Source: Octopus bimaculoides
Lineage: Eukaryota
Assembly: GCF_001194135.2 (NCBI RefSeq)
Contig: NC_068986.1
Span: 89,088,738 to 89,124,857 of the forward strand
Length of the DNA stretch: 36,120 nt
Reading direction: 5' to 3'
Shown: positions 36,082-36,120 of the stretch, one piece after another
How positions within the stretch are numbered: position 1 is the first letter of the stretch
Layout: each line of letters begins with the position of its first letter
Program-made: the position numbers and the translations under genes
Notes under the pieces: generated by a model
What the model was told of the DNA's origin: nothing
Seen by the model: the letters and a program-made list of their open reading frames with translations, nothing else
Databases searched by the model: none

Positions 36082-36120
<39 letters not shown>
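36082..36120. repeat. (AC)n microsatellite
   Basis: Direct reading. Confidence 0.95.

Overview
AT-rich, microsatellite-dense eukaryotic DNA from a gapped draft assembly (14 N-runs, about 4.5 kb). The SINE families look like those of Octopus (coleoid cephalopod); this is recognition from memory, not a database result. No intact protein-coding gene is supported, and almost all listed ORFs are microsatellite or N artefacts. The window is a graveyard of mobile elements: two RLE-type LINE 3' ends, an RTE endonuclease remnant, an internally deleted Tc1/mariner, a Penelope-like (PLE) GIY-YIG remnant, three tRNA-SINE families and a weak hAT remnant. The most notable signal is a set of type I hammerhead ribozyme (HHR) folds inside non-coding repeats. 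(1) A ~448-nt unit at 30.2-31.4 kb occurs once on the minus strand and as a head-to-tail pair on the plus strand, each copy carrying an HHR with a 7-bp stem I and a palindromic stem III, i.e. a retrozyme or PLE-pseudoLTR-like arrangement. (2) A second dispersed and tandem family carries a minimal HHR-like fold with a non-canonical CUGUNGA core (4.8, 12.7, 18.6 kb). (3) Two further decayed HHR-like motifs lie at 8.6 and 17.6 kb. All folds were done by eye and are untested.
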